From Parcubacteria bacterium C7867-007 (lineage in GTDB: Bacteria > Patescibacteriota > Minisyncoccia > Phycocordibacterales > Phycocordibacteraceae): a stretch of DNA of 64,000 nt. The notes beneath the pieces are model-generated. The model saw only the letters and a program-made list of their open reading frames with translations. It made no database searches and had not been told where the DNA came from. The stretch is taken from contig LFCQ01000006.1 in the NCBI GenBank assembly GCA_001189195.1, forward strand, positions 56,841 through 120,840, read 5' to 3'. Shown one piece after another: positions 9,315 to 18,638 of the stretch; position 1 is the stretch's first letter; every line of letters begins with the position of its first letter. The position numbers and the translations under genes were made by a program.

Positions 9315-10085
9315 ATGGAAATTGATCAGCACAAGAATAAGTTCGGGAGCCAGGCTGAGAACTATACAAAATATCGACGACCATACATGAGTGAAGTGTA
9401 TGATCTTCTTTTCTCATTAGTACCAGAAGACAGTAAAAGGATTCTCGATATCGCATGCGGTACCGGTAAATCAACTGAGCCACTATTACGCTCGGGCCTT
9501 GCAGTTGATGGGGTCGATATTGATCCGTTGATGATCGACGAAGCAAAGGGTCAGGCTAAGGTAAAGAATTTAGATATTACGTATGCGGTTTCAGAAGTTG
9601 AGCACCTTCCATATGAAGACGGAAGCTTTGACGTGGTAACGGTTGGCACCGCATTCCACTGGTTTGTAAACGAGACGGCAATGAATGAGATAAAACGAGT
9701 ATTGAAAAAGGACGGTCTGCTGTTCGTGTACTGGACTCTCACCACCAAGGATGTACCAGAAGAGGATGCGATACCTGCTGCAATCTTTAGGGAATTTAAT
9801 TGGGAGAAAGTTCCATCGGAATTACGTGATCTTGAATACATATCATCTTTTTTCAAGGAACAAGACATGCAGAATGTTTCCACTGAACGCCTCCCATTTA
9901 CGCACAATGATTCAGTAGAAGACCAGGTCGGACTTATGAAGACTGCCTCAAGCTATGAGGTATTGCCCGAGGAAGACAAAGAACGCTTCATAGCAGCAAT
10001 TCAGGCAGCTCTTACTGAACAGTTGGGAAGTCGTCCCTATTTTATCTATGAGGAAGAAATACAGGTTTGCTACGGGTACAGGTAG
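9315..10085 (+). CDS. class I SAM-dependent methyltransferase
   Basis: ILDIACGTGKST motif I, DIDPLMID motif II. Confidence 0.7.
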   Translation: MEIDQHKNKFGSQAENYTKYRRPYMSEVYDLLFSLVPEDSKRILDIACGTGKSTEPLLRSGLAVDGVDIDPLMIDEAKGQAKVKNLDITYAVSEVEHLPYEDGSFDVVTVGTAFHWFVNETAMNEIKRVLKKDGLLFVYWTLTTKDVPEEDAIPAAIFREFNWEKVPSELRDLEYISSFFKEQDMQNVSTERLPFTHNDSVEDQVGLMKTASSYEVLPEEDKERFIAAIQAALTEQLGSRPYFIYEEEIQVCYGYR

Positions 10086-10093
10086 ATAAAAAG

Positions 10094-10140
10094 ATCCCCA
10101 CGTCGTACCAAACCCCACAGCTCGCTAACTATAGTCATCA
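10094..10140. repeat. intergenic linker repeat copy R1 (CCCCACGTCGTACCAAACCCCACAGCTCGCTAACTATAGTCATCA)
   Basis: shares the core CCACGTCGTACCA.ACCCC.CAGC with copies at 10840, 11402, 11903, 12844, 13455 and 20111. Confidence 0.7.
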
Positions 10141-10201
10141 CATTTAAATAAAAAGAAGCCGCCCGGAGCGTGGCGGAGATACTCCGGACGCTTCCAAGCG
10201 G

Positions 10202-10462
10202 CTAATCAAAATCATTCTTCAGCCACCCATCTTGTTCGCTGAGGAATTCGAATTCTTCCACACCGACTCCGATGGTGACCTCAATGTGTGGGTTTTCTTC
10301 ATCAAATTCAAGGTGGTGTGCAATGGCCTCAACCAGCCACCCAATGATGCCCTTGAGAAAGATCGTATCTCCTACCCGAGGCAGAACGGGCCACGAGTAG
10401 TCTTTGGTGAGATAGCGATCCGAACCCTCAGGATCCGGAACAACGAGAACGAATTTAATCAT
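10202..10462 (-). CDS. hypothetical protein (86 aa)
   Basis: ORF only. Confidence 0.35.
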   Translation of the reverse strand: MIKFVLVVPDPEGSDRYLTKDYSWPVLPRVGDTIFLKGIIGWLVEAIAHHLEFDEENPHIEVTIGVGVEEFEFLSEQDGWLKNDFD

Positions 10463-10514
10463 GGGTCAGACCCTTTGTTTCCTAAATAATTTATACACTA
10501 TTTAAACTAATAAG

Positions 10515-10557
10515 TCAAATACAGCCTAGATACTTGATTTTGGTTCGAATATCGTCC
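10515..10557. repeat. second intergenic repeat family (TCAAATACAGCCTAGATACTTGATTTTGGTTCGAATATCGTCC)
   Basis: about 85% identical to 13417-13460. Confidence 0.6.
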
Positions 10558-10620
10558 TAGACTGCCAGCTCGTATTTTTCATACCTTTATGTTTAGATTC
10601 CTTTAGAAAGGAACCATACG

Positions 10621-10788
10621 ATGCACACACCTCCCGAGTTTGACGAAGCTATGGTTGAGGCACCAAAGCCGGAAAAGTCGCCGGAGCCCGGGTCTGACGA
10701 ATATTACGCAGTGCTCGGAAGAGAGATCGACAAGGGCCCGATCGGTGTTCCTCACCACCGAGGTCCGTTATCGGGCCCAATAGATTGA
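10621..10788 (+). CDS. small hypothetical protein (55 aa), GC-rich, with GAAAGGAAC RBS
   Basis: ATG with upstream AGGA and terminator hairpin immediately downstream; not in the ORF track because it is under 60 aa. Confidence 0.4.
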   Translation: MHTPPEFDEAMVEAPKPEKSPEPGSDEYYAVLGREIDKGPIGVPHHRGPLSGPID

Positions 10789-10792
10789 ACTA

Positions 10793-10866
10793 GGAGCCGC
10801 CAGTACCGAAAGGGAACGGCGGCTCTGCTACTTAAGCAAGGTTCCCACGTCGTACCAACCCCCAGC
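10793..10866 (+). repeat. linker module R2: terminator hairpin GGAGCCGCC..GGCGGCTC + TACTTAA + core GGTTCCCACGTCGTACCAACCCCCAGC
   Basis: about 85% identical to module at 12796-12870. Confidence 0.75.
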
Positions 10867-10891
10867 ACGTCATCTGTGTCATAATCTTTTA

Positions 10892-11398
10892 ATGCGTGTA
10901 ACCATTCTCGGACTTCCTGGAAGCGGCAAGTCCACTTTGGCTCGAAAGATTTCAGAAAAGCTAAATATTCCATATATACATATAGATCGTTTCTGGCTTG
11001 AAGCGGGAGGTGGGCACAATAGCAAAACTACACCTGATCCTGAAAAGGCACATGCAAATGTACGAGAGAAAGTCCTTGAAGCGATACAAGCTGAGTCGTG
11101 GGTATCAGATGGGGTATATCGCCTTGTACAGCCAGAGATAGCAAATAGGGCAGATGCAGTTGTATTTCTTGATATTCCGCTTTGGGAACGATTACTTAAT
11201 CACGCGGCCCGCACCATACACAGAAAGAGTCGACATGATGAGATGACTTTCTGGGGCGATATGAGTTTCTTTCTTGAAATAGTAAGTCGTGATTTACGGA
11301 AGAAAGGGAAAATACAGAGTCTGGTTGAAAGCTATAAGTCTAAGGCAATCATTCTGAAATCCCGTAAGGCGATAGCAAACTACCTTGGAACTCTTTGA
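10892..11398 (+). CDS. P-loop NTPase, adenylate-kinase / topology-modulation-protein-like
   Basis: MRVTILGLPGSGKSTLARKISEKLNIPYIHID Walker A start. Confidence 0.6.
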   Translation: MRVTILGLPGSGKSTLARKISEKLNIPYIHIDRFWLEAGGGHNSKTTPDPEKAHANVREKVLEAIQAESWVSDGVYRLVQPEIANRADAVVFLDIPLWERLLNHAARTIHRKSRHDEMTFWGDMSFFLEIVSRDLRKKGKIQSLVESYKSKAIILKSRKAIANYLGTL

Positions 11399-11401
11399 TT
11401 A

Positions 11402-11462
11402 GGGTTCCCACGTCGTGCCAAACCCCCAGCACTTGACTTTTAATGCATTTAGTGCTATTAAT
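11402..11462 (+). repeat. linker module R3: core GGTTCCCACGTCGTGCCAAACCCCCAGC followed by TTGACT-N17-TATTAAT promoter
   Basis: repeat core directly followed by sigma70-like -35/-10 for the next gene. Confidence 0.7.
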
Positions 11463-11507
11463 AATACAGATCAATCGGCTCGTTGAGCCCACTACTGGAG
11501 ACTTCAA

Positions 11508-11804
11508 ATGAATCCTCGAAATACAACGCTTCTTGCGCTCTCGGCAGTTGCAGCGGCGGTGTTTGCTCTGGTCCCGATCATCGGCATCATGTACAACGGA
11601 GCTACGGCCCAGCTTCTCGAGATGTTCGGTGAAGCTATGGGCTGGGAGTGGCTCGATCACCGCCATCCACACAGCCTTGCCGTCGCTTGGGTGATCTTCA
11701 CCCTGATCTTCTTCTTCGCCCTCAAGCTGTGGTTGAAGTTCGGGAAGCGAGAAGACCCTCTCGTTCGCCTCTTTCGGGAGGCAGGCGGGGAAAAGCGTCA
11801 GTAG
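11508..11804 (+). CDS. small membrane protein (98 aa), GC-rich
   Basis: two hydrophobic helices. Confidence 0.4.
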   Translation: MNPRNTTLLALSAVAAAVFALVPIIGIMYNGATAQLLEMFGEAMGWEWLDHRHPHSLAVAWVIFTLIFFFALKLWLKFGKREDPLVRLFREAGGEKRQ

Positions 11805-11854
11805 CGCGAATCCACCAGCTAGCATCAAACGGCTCACCCAATATGCCGAAATGG

Positions 11855-11945
11855 GAGCCCCGCACCAGTATGCGGGGTTTTACATACATCAGTGCTCGAG
11901 TATCGTACCAAACCCCCAGCAATTGACTTTTATATAATATCGTGT
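11855..11945 (+). repeat. linker module R4: terminator CCCCGCACCAGTATGCGGGGTTTT + core TCGTACCAAACCCCCAGC + TTGACT promoter
   Basis: same organisation as R2/R3. Confidence 0.7.
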
Positions 11946-11996
11946 TATTTAAATAGAACCAGTTCTTTGCGTATCAAAAAGAGAAGGAAATAGACC

Positions 11997-12791
11997 ATGT
12001 CAAAAGACATGCTCGGCCCGCTTCCGCGGGCTCTCGTTCAGGTGCCGAACAGGCATCACGGTCTCGTACTGGACATTCTCCACAAGCTCGCAGGTGGGCA
12101 GGGGGATTCCGTGCGAAGTAATCTGAGTGCGGCACTTCGGGCACCATCTGAACCTGTGCGGCAGCAAGCTCCGCCGGTCGTACCTATTACGGATGTACCT
12201 GCGGAGTATCGAGCGTTTTTCGAAGCTCTGCCGCCGCTGGATCGTCAGTGGGTGCTCGAGAATCCCCGTACTGCCGTTCCGCTATTCGCACGAGCTGTTG
12301 CTACGGCGCATATCGAGAGCTATCCCTTGGTGCTTGTCGGGACCGCCGACTTTGCTGAAATCAGTGAATTCCGTCCTGCTGAGAAATATCAGCCAGGACA
12401 GCAAATCGACGGCATTCTAATATCACCGCAAATGCATAAGAGCTTCAAGGAGCTTTGCCAGACGGTTGAGCACAACACGCCTGCTGCGACACTGAGATTC
12501 CATTCCTCAAATACCAAGGCCAAAGCATCCAGAATTCTGAGTAGCTTCGGCGACAAGGCAGACACCACGCTCGGCCAGCTCTGGGAATTGATCCAACGGG
12601 AAGAGAAGGATGATCTCCTTCAGGCCAGCCTGCACACGACCATCTACATGTGTTTCCGTAAGGCCGACGGCAACCGTTGTTACGTCTCTGCTTCGTACGC
12701 ACCAGACGGCTGGTACTTCCGGGTGAGGTTTGGTGAGACTGGCTACCATGGGAGGCCCCCGAATAAGGTCGACCGCTTTATCACTCACTGA
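11997..12791 (+). CDS. hypothetical protein (264 aa), about 60% GC
   Basis: ORF with GC-rich codon usage distinct from backbone. Confidence 0.45.
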   Translation: MSKDMLGPLPRALVQVPNRHHGLVLDILHKLAGGQGDSVRSNLSAALRAPSEPVRQQAPPVVPITDVPAEYRAFFEALPPLDRQWVLENPRTAVPLFARAVATAHIESYPLVLVGTADFAEISEFRPAEKYQPGQQIDGILISPQMHKSFKELCQTVEHNTPAATLRFHSSNTKAKASRILSSFGDKADTTLGQLWELIQREEKDDLLQASLHTTIYMCFRKADGNRCYVSASYAPDGWYFRVRFGETGYHGRPPNKVDRFITH

Positions 12792-12795
12792 ACAA

Positions 12796-12890
12796 GGAGC
12801 CGCCTGTTTCCGAAAGGGAACGGCGGCTCTTCTACTTAATATAGGTTCCCACGTCGTACCACACCCCCAGCTCGCAAACTATAGTCATCG
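12796..12890 (+). repeat. linker module R5: terminator hairpin + TACTTAA + core GGTTCCCACGTCGTACCACACCCCCAGCTCGCAAACTATAGTCATCG
   Basis: near-duplicate of R2; 3' part matches R1. Confidence 0.75.
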
Positions 12891-12948
12891 TAGGTAAAAA
12901 GAAACCGCCCGAACCGTAAGGAACGGGCAGTTCCTTTGGTTCGGGCAG

Positions 12949-13359
12949 TCATGGTGCCGGATCGGCAAGTGCCTTAGGTACCCCATACATGTTCCACTTG
13001 TCGTCGAAGCGGATGGCGAGGTTCGTCGTCTGTTCGGGATACGCTCTGTGGACGGACCACTTCAGCATCTCGAACAGTATCGGGGTCATCACGTGATTTC
13101 GGAAGTGAGCGAAATTCACGTATGGGTTGATCCCCATGGGCATGTCGTTCGCTTCGTGCATCCCCTCATGTTCAGTCTTCACCTGATCGTAGAGGATAGC
13201 GATCGCTTTCTGTTCAGTCGTCGCCACGCCGATCAGGACGGAGTTCGGCTGACGCTCCAGCAGACGCTTCGGGGGCGGACCCAGTATGTGCCTAGAGGAC
13301 ATGAGCCCCGATAGGCGCTCATGCATCTCTGCAGTGATTAGTTGCATATCTTCTGCCAA
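12949..13359 (-). CDS. hypothetical protein (136 aa), GC-rich
   Basis: ORF; terminator-like hairpin GCCCGAACC..GGTTCGGGC downstream on minus strand. Confidence 0.4.
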   Translation of the reverse strand: MAEDMQLITAEMHERLSGLMSSRHILGPPPKRLLERQPNSVLIGVATTEQKAIAILYDQVKTEHEGMHEANDMPMGINPYVNFAHFRNHVMTPILFEMLKWSVHRAYPEQTTNLAIRFDDKWNMYGVPKALADPAP

Positions 13360-13416
13360 CGTACTCTCCCTAATTCAAATTCAACCTAAGTGTATTTTAA
13401 CATCTATTGTATAAAA

Positions 13417-13492
13417 ATCAAATATGGCCTAGACACTCGATTTCGGTTCGAATATCGTACCACACCCCACCTCGTCATCGTAGCTGTATAAT
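13417..13492 (+). repeat. linker module R6: second-family repeat + degenerate core TCGTACCACACCCCACCTCGTCATCGTAGC + TGTATAAT
   Basis: matches 10515-10557 and the core family; extended -10 sits 7 nt before ATG at 13500. Confidence 0.6.
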
Positions 13493-13499
13493 TTAGGAT

Positions 13500-13865
13500 A
13501 TGAACAAAACATCTAAACTTATTCTCGTCGCAGTAATTGGAATAATCGTTGGTGCCGGAGGTACTTTGGCTCTATCACCAAAGAATAATACTCAACCTGA
13601 AATGATTTCTCATGGAAACATGAATATGCAGGGAGAAATGGGGAGAATGGCTCAGGTCCTCGAAGGGAAGACCGGTGATACGTTCGACCAAGCATTTTTA
13701 AGCGAGATGATCGTACATCACCAGGGCGCTGTTCAGATGGCTCAAGCTGCACTTCAGAACGCAAAGCATCAGGAGATTAAAGATCTCGCTACAAAGATTA
13801 TCTCGGCACAAGAGTCAGAGATTATCGAAATGCAGGGTTGGCAGAAGAGCTGGTACGGACAGTAG
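13500..13865 (+). CDS. DUF305 (ferritin-like) domain protein with N-terminal TM
   Basis: MIVHHQGAVQMAQAAL...ISAQESEIIEMQGW motifs. Confidence 0.6.
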   Translation: MNKTSKLILVAVIGIIVGAGGTLALSPKNNTQPEMISHGNMNMQGEMGRMAQVLEGKTGDTFDQAFLSEMIVHHQGAVQMAQAALQNAKHQEIKDLATKIISAQESEIIEMQGWQKSWYGQ

Positions 13866-13930
13866 GAGAGATTCCCAAGGGTAAGGCCGTCTCAAATGAG
13901 ACGGCCCACGTACGCTTTGGTTTGTACTTG

Positions 13931-14458
13931 CTACTCGATACGGATTGGTCGAACAATAGGTATTCGAATCCGTAGCATATTCTCTGCACGTGCACCGAAC
14001 TGAGTTCGAAGTCCACTCACGCCATCGGTGAAATACTTAGCATACACATTCACGGCATTGAAGTTGAGTGCATATGCCCACACCACAAAGGTGAGATGGC
14101 TTTCAATCCGATCGTTGCTTTCCTTCGTCCACGTCAGGAGTGCCTGCATGCATTCCTGTATGAGACGTGGAGCAAGTCCTTTGCCTTGGTGTGCGGGAAG
14201 GATGCCGATCTGATCCAGCTCTATAACTGGTTCAGCACGGTGGAATCCTCCATGCAGTTGCCAACCTGCGTATCCCACCACCACGTCATCTTCTTCAACC
14301 ACAAAGTACTGGTAGAGGGGGAATGCATTGAACCAGCACGTAGCCCATCGCTGGGCTCCATCAAACTGGTCACGATCTCCCAGGAAGACGCTTCCGTTGA
14401 TGAGGCCAATGGCCTCGAGGTCCCGTTCTTCGGCACGCCGAATATTGATGGTGCTCAT
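13931..14458 (-). CDS. GNAT family N-acetyltransferase
   Basis: LDQIGILPAHQGKGLAPRLIQE acetyl-CoA binding motif. Confidence 0.75.
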   Translation of the reverse strand: MSTINIRRAEERDLEAIGLINGSVFLGDRDQFDGAQRWATCWFNAFPLYQYFVVEEDDVVVGYAGWQLHGGFHRAEPVIELDQIGILPAHQGKGLAPRLIQECMQALLTWTKESNDRIESHLTFVVWAYALNFNAVNVYAKYFTDGVSGLRTQFGARAENMLRIRIPIVRPIRIE

Positions 14459-14514
14459 GATTCTTCTCCCTGCTTCTATTCTCTAGAACCGCACATACAC
14501 CTTTTGGTTACTAT

Positions 14515-14553
14515 AAATAAAAAACCGCCCCCTCGCGCCAACGAAGGGGTTAG
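14515..14553 (-). terminator. intrinsic terminator for minus-strand gene 14582..14911
   Basis: hairpin CCCCTCG..CGAAGGGG followed on minus strand by TTTTTTATTTAT. Confidence 0.55.
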
Positions 14554-14581
14554 GCTTCGTTGCAACAAAGTGACGGATACG

Positions 14582-14911
14582 CTATCTCATTGCTGAGGGC
14601 ACCAAGGACACAAGGTCCTGGGCGGTCATGCCCAGAGCGTTGGCGAGGTTGAGTGTGTTGACCAACATCTTCGTAGTCGCCATGCGCAGAGCTTCTGGAT
14701 CAAGCTCGCCGCCGTGGTCGTAGTTCTCAGCCTGCGCAGCAATTATGCCTCCGGTCTTGGCTATGTGCGCACTGCTGTGCCGTACAGCGAAGGCCAATGT
14801 CTTTTCAGGTGTGCTGAGATCCCCATTTGGGTACTTCTCTTGGGTGAAGGGGAATCCATCCCCGATCACCTGCATCAACGAAGTGAGATCGGTAGTTGGT
14901 GTCATGGTCAT
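14582..14911 (-). CDS. MazG-like nucleotide pyrophosphohydrolase family protein (tentative)
   Basis: about 109 aa all-alpha pattern STPEKTLA...LVNTLNLANALG resembling small MazG-like proteins. Confidence 0.4.
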   Translation of the reverse strand: MTMTPTTDLTSLMQVIGDGFPFTQEKYPNGDLSTPEKTLAFAVRHSSAHIAKTGGIIAAQAENYDHGGELDPEALRMATTKMLVNTLNLANALGMTAQDLVSLVPSAMR

Positions 14912-15040
14912 GGAACGCTCCTTGTCTGGATGGAAGGTACCACAAAACTATCTAAGCCTCCAACATAGATAAACAGGGATGATGGTGTCGTCTCTGTGCA
15001 TGTATTCGCACATGCATTGCGGAGGATATACACTAACACT

Positions 15041-15430
15041 ATGCCTGCAGAACTGCGTAAAGCGCTTACTCTAAATCCTAGAGCAAAAGTGAAGTGGGAT
15101 CTCCTTACCCCAATTAGCAAAAGAGACTTCATCACCTGGATAGAGTCTGCAAAACAGGATGCTACTCGTGTTCGTAGAGTGAGCAAGGCAGTGGACATAC
15201 TTATAAAAGGAAAGCGTCGTCCTTGTTGTTATGCAGTGGTGCCGATGAATCTGTACAAGACTCTTAATGAGCTCCCAAAAGCAAAGGCACAATGGAAAGA
15301 TCTCACTCCCGATGAGAAACGAGACTTTGTTGCCTGGATAGACTCTGGAAAGGACGCAGGGGTACGTGCACAGCGTATTGAGAAAACAAGCATTCTGCTC
15401 CTTAAAGGGAAACGACGAGCATCTATATAA
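15041..15430 (+). CDS. YdeI/OmpD-associated family protein (PF13376-like) with internal duplication
   Basis: two repeats of WDLLTPISKRDFITWIESAK / WKDLTPDEKRDFVAWIDSGK. Confidence 0.6.
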   Translation: MPAELRKALTLNPRAKVKWDLLTPISKRDFITWIESAKQDATRVRRVSKAVDILIKGKRRPCCYAVVPMNLYKTLNELPKAKAQWKDLTPDEKRDFVAWIDSGKDAGVRAQRIEKTSILLLKGKRRASI

Positions 15431-15435
15431 AAGAA

Positions 15436-15478
15436 ATCGCCTGGCGTGTGAGGATGCAATCCTCACACGCCAGGCGAT
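15436..15478. terminator. bidirectional terminator (ATCGCCTGGCGTGTGAGGATGCAATCCTCACACGCCAGGCGAT)
   Basis: long perfect inverted repeat between convergent genes. Confidence 0.7.
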
Positions 15479-15491
15479 CAGTCCCAACTCC

Positions 15492-16223
15492 CTATTTCGG
15501 AGTACAGATGTGGATGTAGTCTCCATAGCCGGAATCGTGATCCGGCCAGGGTTGAATGGTGATCACACTGCCGAAGTGGCGTTGAAGCGGCTCAAGCCGT
15601 TGCTTGAGTGATGTCTTGAACTCTTCCTTCAGGACATCGTTGTACAGGATATCTATCGTCCACTTGATGACTTGATCGGTGGCGCCATTCCTGATGGCTT
15701 CAAGCAGATACTCGTACCCCAGCCTGCTAGCAGCGAGCCTCCGTTCAGTTTCCGTGTTGAAGTCTTCGACGTAGCAGTCGGAGATCACCACCACGCCACC
15801 CGGCTTAACCATGCTGGCGATATTGGCGATTGCCGCTTCCTGTTGCGCATACGGTACATGATGCAGAGAGCCCGTGCAGACCACGGTGTCGAAGAGTCTC
15901 CGGGGTTGCCAGTTGAGTACGTCACCGACGAAAAACTCAACTCCCAGATACCGATCTCTTCCGAAACGGACGTATCGCTTGTCCAGATCCATGCCTGTCA
16001 ACCACAGATCCGAACGACCCTCCTGGAGCTTTCCAAGCAGATAGCCGGGTCCGCACATAATATCGAGTACGCTTCCGTTCAAGGGAGTACGTTCCAAGAC
16101 CTTCGCGGTGACAAGTTCTAGCGAGAGCCTATAGGGCCAATACCCAAGACTTTCTTCGTACAGTTCGGCTTCTGGTAGGGGATTCATTTGGGGACCCTCC
16201 TCAGGTCTTACTATGAATGACAA
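15492..16223 (-). CDS. class I SAM-dependent methyltransferase
   Basis: VLDIMCGPGYLLGKL motif I; VVCTGSLHHV. Confidence 0.7.
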   Translation of the reverse strand: MSFIVRPEEGPQMNPLPEAELYEESLGYWPYRLSLELVTAKVLERTPLNGSVLDIMCGPGYLLGKLQEGRSDLWLTGMDLDKRYVRFGRDRYLGVEFFVGDVLNWQPRRLFDTVVCTGSLHHVPYAQQEAAIANIASMVKPGGVVVISDCYVEDFNTETERRLAASRLGYEYLLEAIRNGATDQVIKWTIDILYNDVLKEEFKTSLKQRLEPLQRHFGSVITIQPWPDHDSGYGDYIHICTPK

Positions 16224-16294
16224 ATAACGTTCGAGTGCAGAATACCACTTATTTCAGATATATCCAGATTATTAAGAATTGCTATAGTTTCACT

Positions 16295-16723
16295 ATGAAG
16301 CAGCAGGATTTCACAAAGCGACTCACCATAGTAGTTCGTACGGATATTGAGTCATGGCAGGGAGCAAATACTATTGCCCACATTGCGGGATATGTAGGAA
16401 ATAAGTTAGGAGAAGCTTTTGATACAGGAACGTATTTCATCACCGCAGATGGTGTGGAGCTTCCAAGAAATTCTCAGTATCCAATGATAATTAAAGCTGC
16501 TCAATGCGCTACAGATATACGGGATGCGTATGACATTATTCGTACTCACGATCTAATACACATCGGATTCATACGGGAAATGATAGAAACTAGTGATGAT
16601 TCTGAAATAGAAACCATCCTTAAGGATAAGAAGCATAAAGATATTGAGTTGCTAGGTTTCGGGGTCTTTGGAGAGAATGAGACCGTGAAAGAACTTACCA
16701 AACAATTTACGCTTTGGAAGTAG
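16295..16723 (+). CDS. DUF2000-like protein (tentative); TATAGT box 6 nt upstream of ATG
   Basis: TIVVRTDIESWQGANTIAHIAGYVG resembles DUF2000 N-terminus. Confidence 0.4.
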   Translation: MKQQDFTKRLTIVVRTDIESWQGANTIAHIAGYVGNKLGEAFDTGTYFITADGVELPRNSQYPMIIKAAQCATDIRDAYDIIRTHDLIHIGFIREMIETSDDSEIETILKDKKHKDIELLGFGVFGENETVKELTKQFTLWK

Positions 16724-16760
16724 TTGTTCAATTTTCCTAAAATCAAGCTATAGTGCATCT

Positions 16761-17378
16761 ATGATAAAGGCAGTCATATTTGATTCAGACGGGATGCTCT
16801 CGCACGGCCCAAGGTTTAGCGATACGTATGCGAGAGAACAGAATATTCCTATTGAGGAAATGATCCCTTTCTTCACAGGCCCTTTCAAAGACTGTCTTAT
16901 CGGAAAAGCAGACCTAAAAGACGAGCTTGAAAAGGGAGACTGGCTCCAAAAGTGGGGTTGATCAGACTCCGTTGATGCGTTTCTTGCATACTGGTTTTCG
17001 GTCGGGGACCAACTAGATGAGAAGGTGTTTGCTTCCATTCAAGAACTCCGTAGTGCGGGGGTTATGGTGGTGCTTGCAACGAATCAAGAGAAATACCGCA
17101 CCGCATATCTTTCTGAGAAGTTTAATTACGAATCTGCGTTCAACAGAATATTCTCTTCGGCACATACCGGACACAAGAAACCAAGTGCGGAATTCTTTCA
17201 GAAGATTCTTGAATATCTCCAAGAGCAAGATGCTTCAATCACTAAGGACAATATTCTCTTTTGGGATGATGATATAGAAAATGTAGAGGGAGCTGCTATG
17301 TTCGGTATTGTGTCTGAGCAGTTTCTAGATGAAAAGGGGTATCGAACCAAAATGGCTGAGTACGGAATACTTAATTAG
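16761..17378 (+). pseudogene. HAD-superfamily hydrolase interrupted by an in-frame TGA at 16959-16961
   Basis: VIFDSDGML (motif I) in the first ORF and ILFWDDD (motif IV) in the second ORF, same frame, separated by a single TGA. Confidence 0.6.
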
Positions 17379-17911
17379 GTTTTAAATTTGAATAGAGGTT
17401 TCTTAAGAAGGTACATAACTAGAATCGCACTGACTATTCCAACAACACCCCCTGCAATCATATCGGAAGGGTAGTGAACGCCTGCAGCAACTCGGGCTGC
17501 ACAAACGAGGACCGTACAGATATAGAACACAATACCGAGGGTTCGGTTATAGAAAAAGACTATGGTTGAAAATCCAAACAGGAACGATGCGTGTCCTGAT
17601 GGGAAGGAGGGTGCTTCGATAATAAAGAGATGCGTTATATCCATTGCTGCTAAAGGGCGGTCCCGAGGAAAGAAGAATCGTATGGGACTCGTAACAGCAA
17701 AGCGAGCAATACTGCCAGCAAGTAGTGCAAGTAAAAAGGCGACTATCTTCGATCGATGTGAAAGTTCCTTTTTATATACAAGATAGAGTGCAAACCACCC
17801 CACCAGAATAAAGGGAAGGTATGTAGCAAAGAAGACAATAACAGCATCAGATACCGGACCTTGCCCAGCAAAGGAGTTTAATACATTGAACACATATAGA
17901 TCCAAAGACAT
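17375..17911 (-). CDS. PAP2-family phosphatase
   Basis: PSGHASFLFGFS and SR...GVHYPSD PAP2 motifs. Confidence 0.75.
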   Translation of the reverse strand: MSLDLYVFNVLNSFAGQGPVSDAVIVFFATYLPFILVGWFALYLVYKKELSHRSKIVAFLLALLAGSIARFAVTSPIRFFFPRDRPLAAMDITHLFIIEAPSFPSGHASFLFGFSTIVFFYNRTLGIVFYICTVLVCAARVAAGVHYPSDMIAGGVVGIVSAILVMYLLKKPLFKFKT

Positions 17912-17953
17912 AAATGCAGCGTACTACAGATTTGTGTATGAGTATGCCTGTAT

Positions 17954-17986
17954 AACAAAACACCCCGCTGTGCGGGGTGTTTTGTT
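17954..17986. terminator. bidirectional terminator AACACCCCGCTGTGCGGGGTGTT
   Basis: perfect hairpin flanked by A/T runs. Confidence 0.65.
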
Positions 17987-18200
17987 ATGAGTGTGCCGGT
18001 ACCGGTTTACGAACGCTTGTGGCGTACGGCCCTTTCAGGCTCTTCGTAACGAGGAAGGCGAGCTTGTCACCGATGCGTAGATCCGTGAAGGAAACATCAA
18101 TGAGATCGCTTGCGTCGAAGAATAGTTCTTCGTCTGAGCCCTCCTGCTTTATGAAGCCAGAACTCCGTTCACTGAAACTTGAAATGGTTCCTGTGCGCAT
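17985..18200 (-). CDS. cold-shock domain protein
   Basis: GTISSF..SGFIKQEG...ELFFDASDL CSD pattern. Confidence 0.7.
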   Translation of the reverse strand: MRTGTISSFSERSSGFIKQEGSDEELFFDASDLIDVSFTDLRIGDKLAFLVTKSLKGPYATSVRKPVPAHS

Positions 18201-18229
18201 GAGATGAGCATTACACTGATAAGAGAATA

Positions 18230-18254
18230 AAAAGCGTCCATGAGGACGCTTTTT
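18230..18254. terminator. bidirectional terminator AAAAGCGTCCATGAGGACGCTTTTT
   Basis: perfect hairpin with flanking A/T runs. Confidence 0.7.
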
Positions 18255-18255
18255 A

Positions 18256-18462
18256 TTAAACCTTGCTAACGTTTACTGCGTTCTTCTTTGCAGGATCGTT
18301 CTTGCTTGGAGCGATCTCGAATTCGAGAGTGTCCCCAGGGTTGAGGTCATCAATACGAACGTTTACGAGCTCGTTAGCGTGAAAGAAGAGATCTGGCTCT
18401 CCTTCGATCTTGATAAAGCCGAAGCCTTTTGGATTAATTCCTGCGATAGTTCCTGTTTGCAT
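18256..18462 (-). CDS. cold-shock domain protein (start MQTGTIAG)
   Basis: GTIAGINPKGFGFIKIEGEPDLFFHANEL. Confidence 0.75.
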   Translation of the reverse strand: MQTGTIAGINPKGFGFIKIEGEPDLFFHANELVNVRIDDLNPGDTLEFEIAPSKNDPAKKNAVNVSKV

Positions 18463-18638
18463 AATATGTATGAGCGATGCACCTGATAACAATCAAGTGC
18501 AGGAGGTTCAACTCGACGAGTTAGACTCATACCGATACTGCCCAGCGCTGCGATTGATATTCCCAATTTACCATTTCAGAGATCGATTGTCAATTTAGGG
18601 TCGTACTCCAGTCTTTGTTTTGCTATAGTGTGCACATT

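Noticed and set aside
10793-12890. Integron attC sites
   Set aside because: The repeats lack the R'' (RYYYAAC) and R' (GTTRRRY) cores and the expected L'/L'' bulged hairpin geometry. No intI-like gene is in the window.
13885-13906. Hairpin GGCCGTCTCAAATGAGACGGCC as intrinsic terminator
   Set aside because: There is no adjacent T tract on either strand, so it may only be a stabilising stem or a weak terminator.
16959-16961. Selenocysteine or Gly recoding of UGA in the HAD gene
   Set aside because: RF2 is present and TGA is used as a stop elsewhere (for example the genes ending at 376 and 22432). There is no obvious SECIS hairpin downstream and no sel genes in the window.
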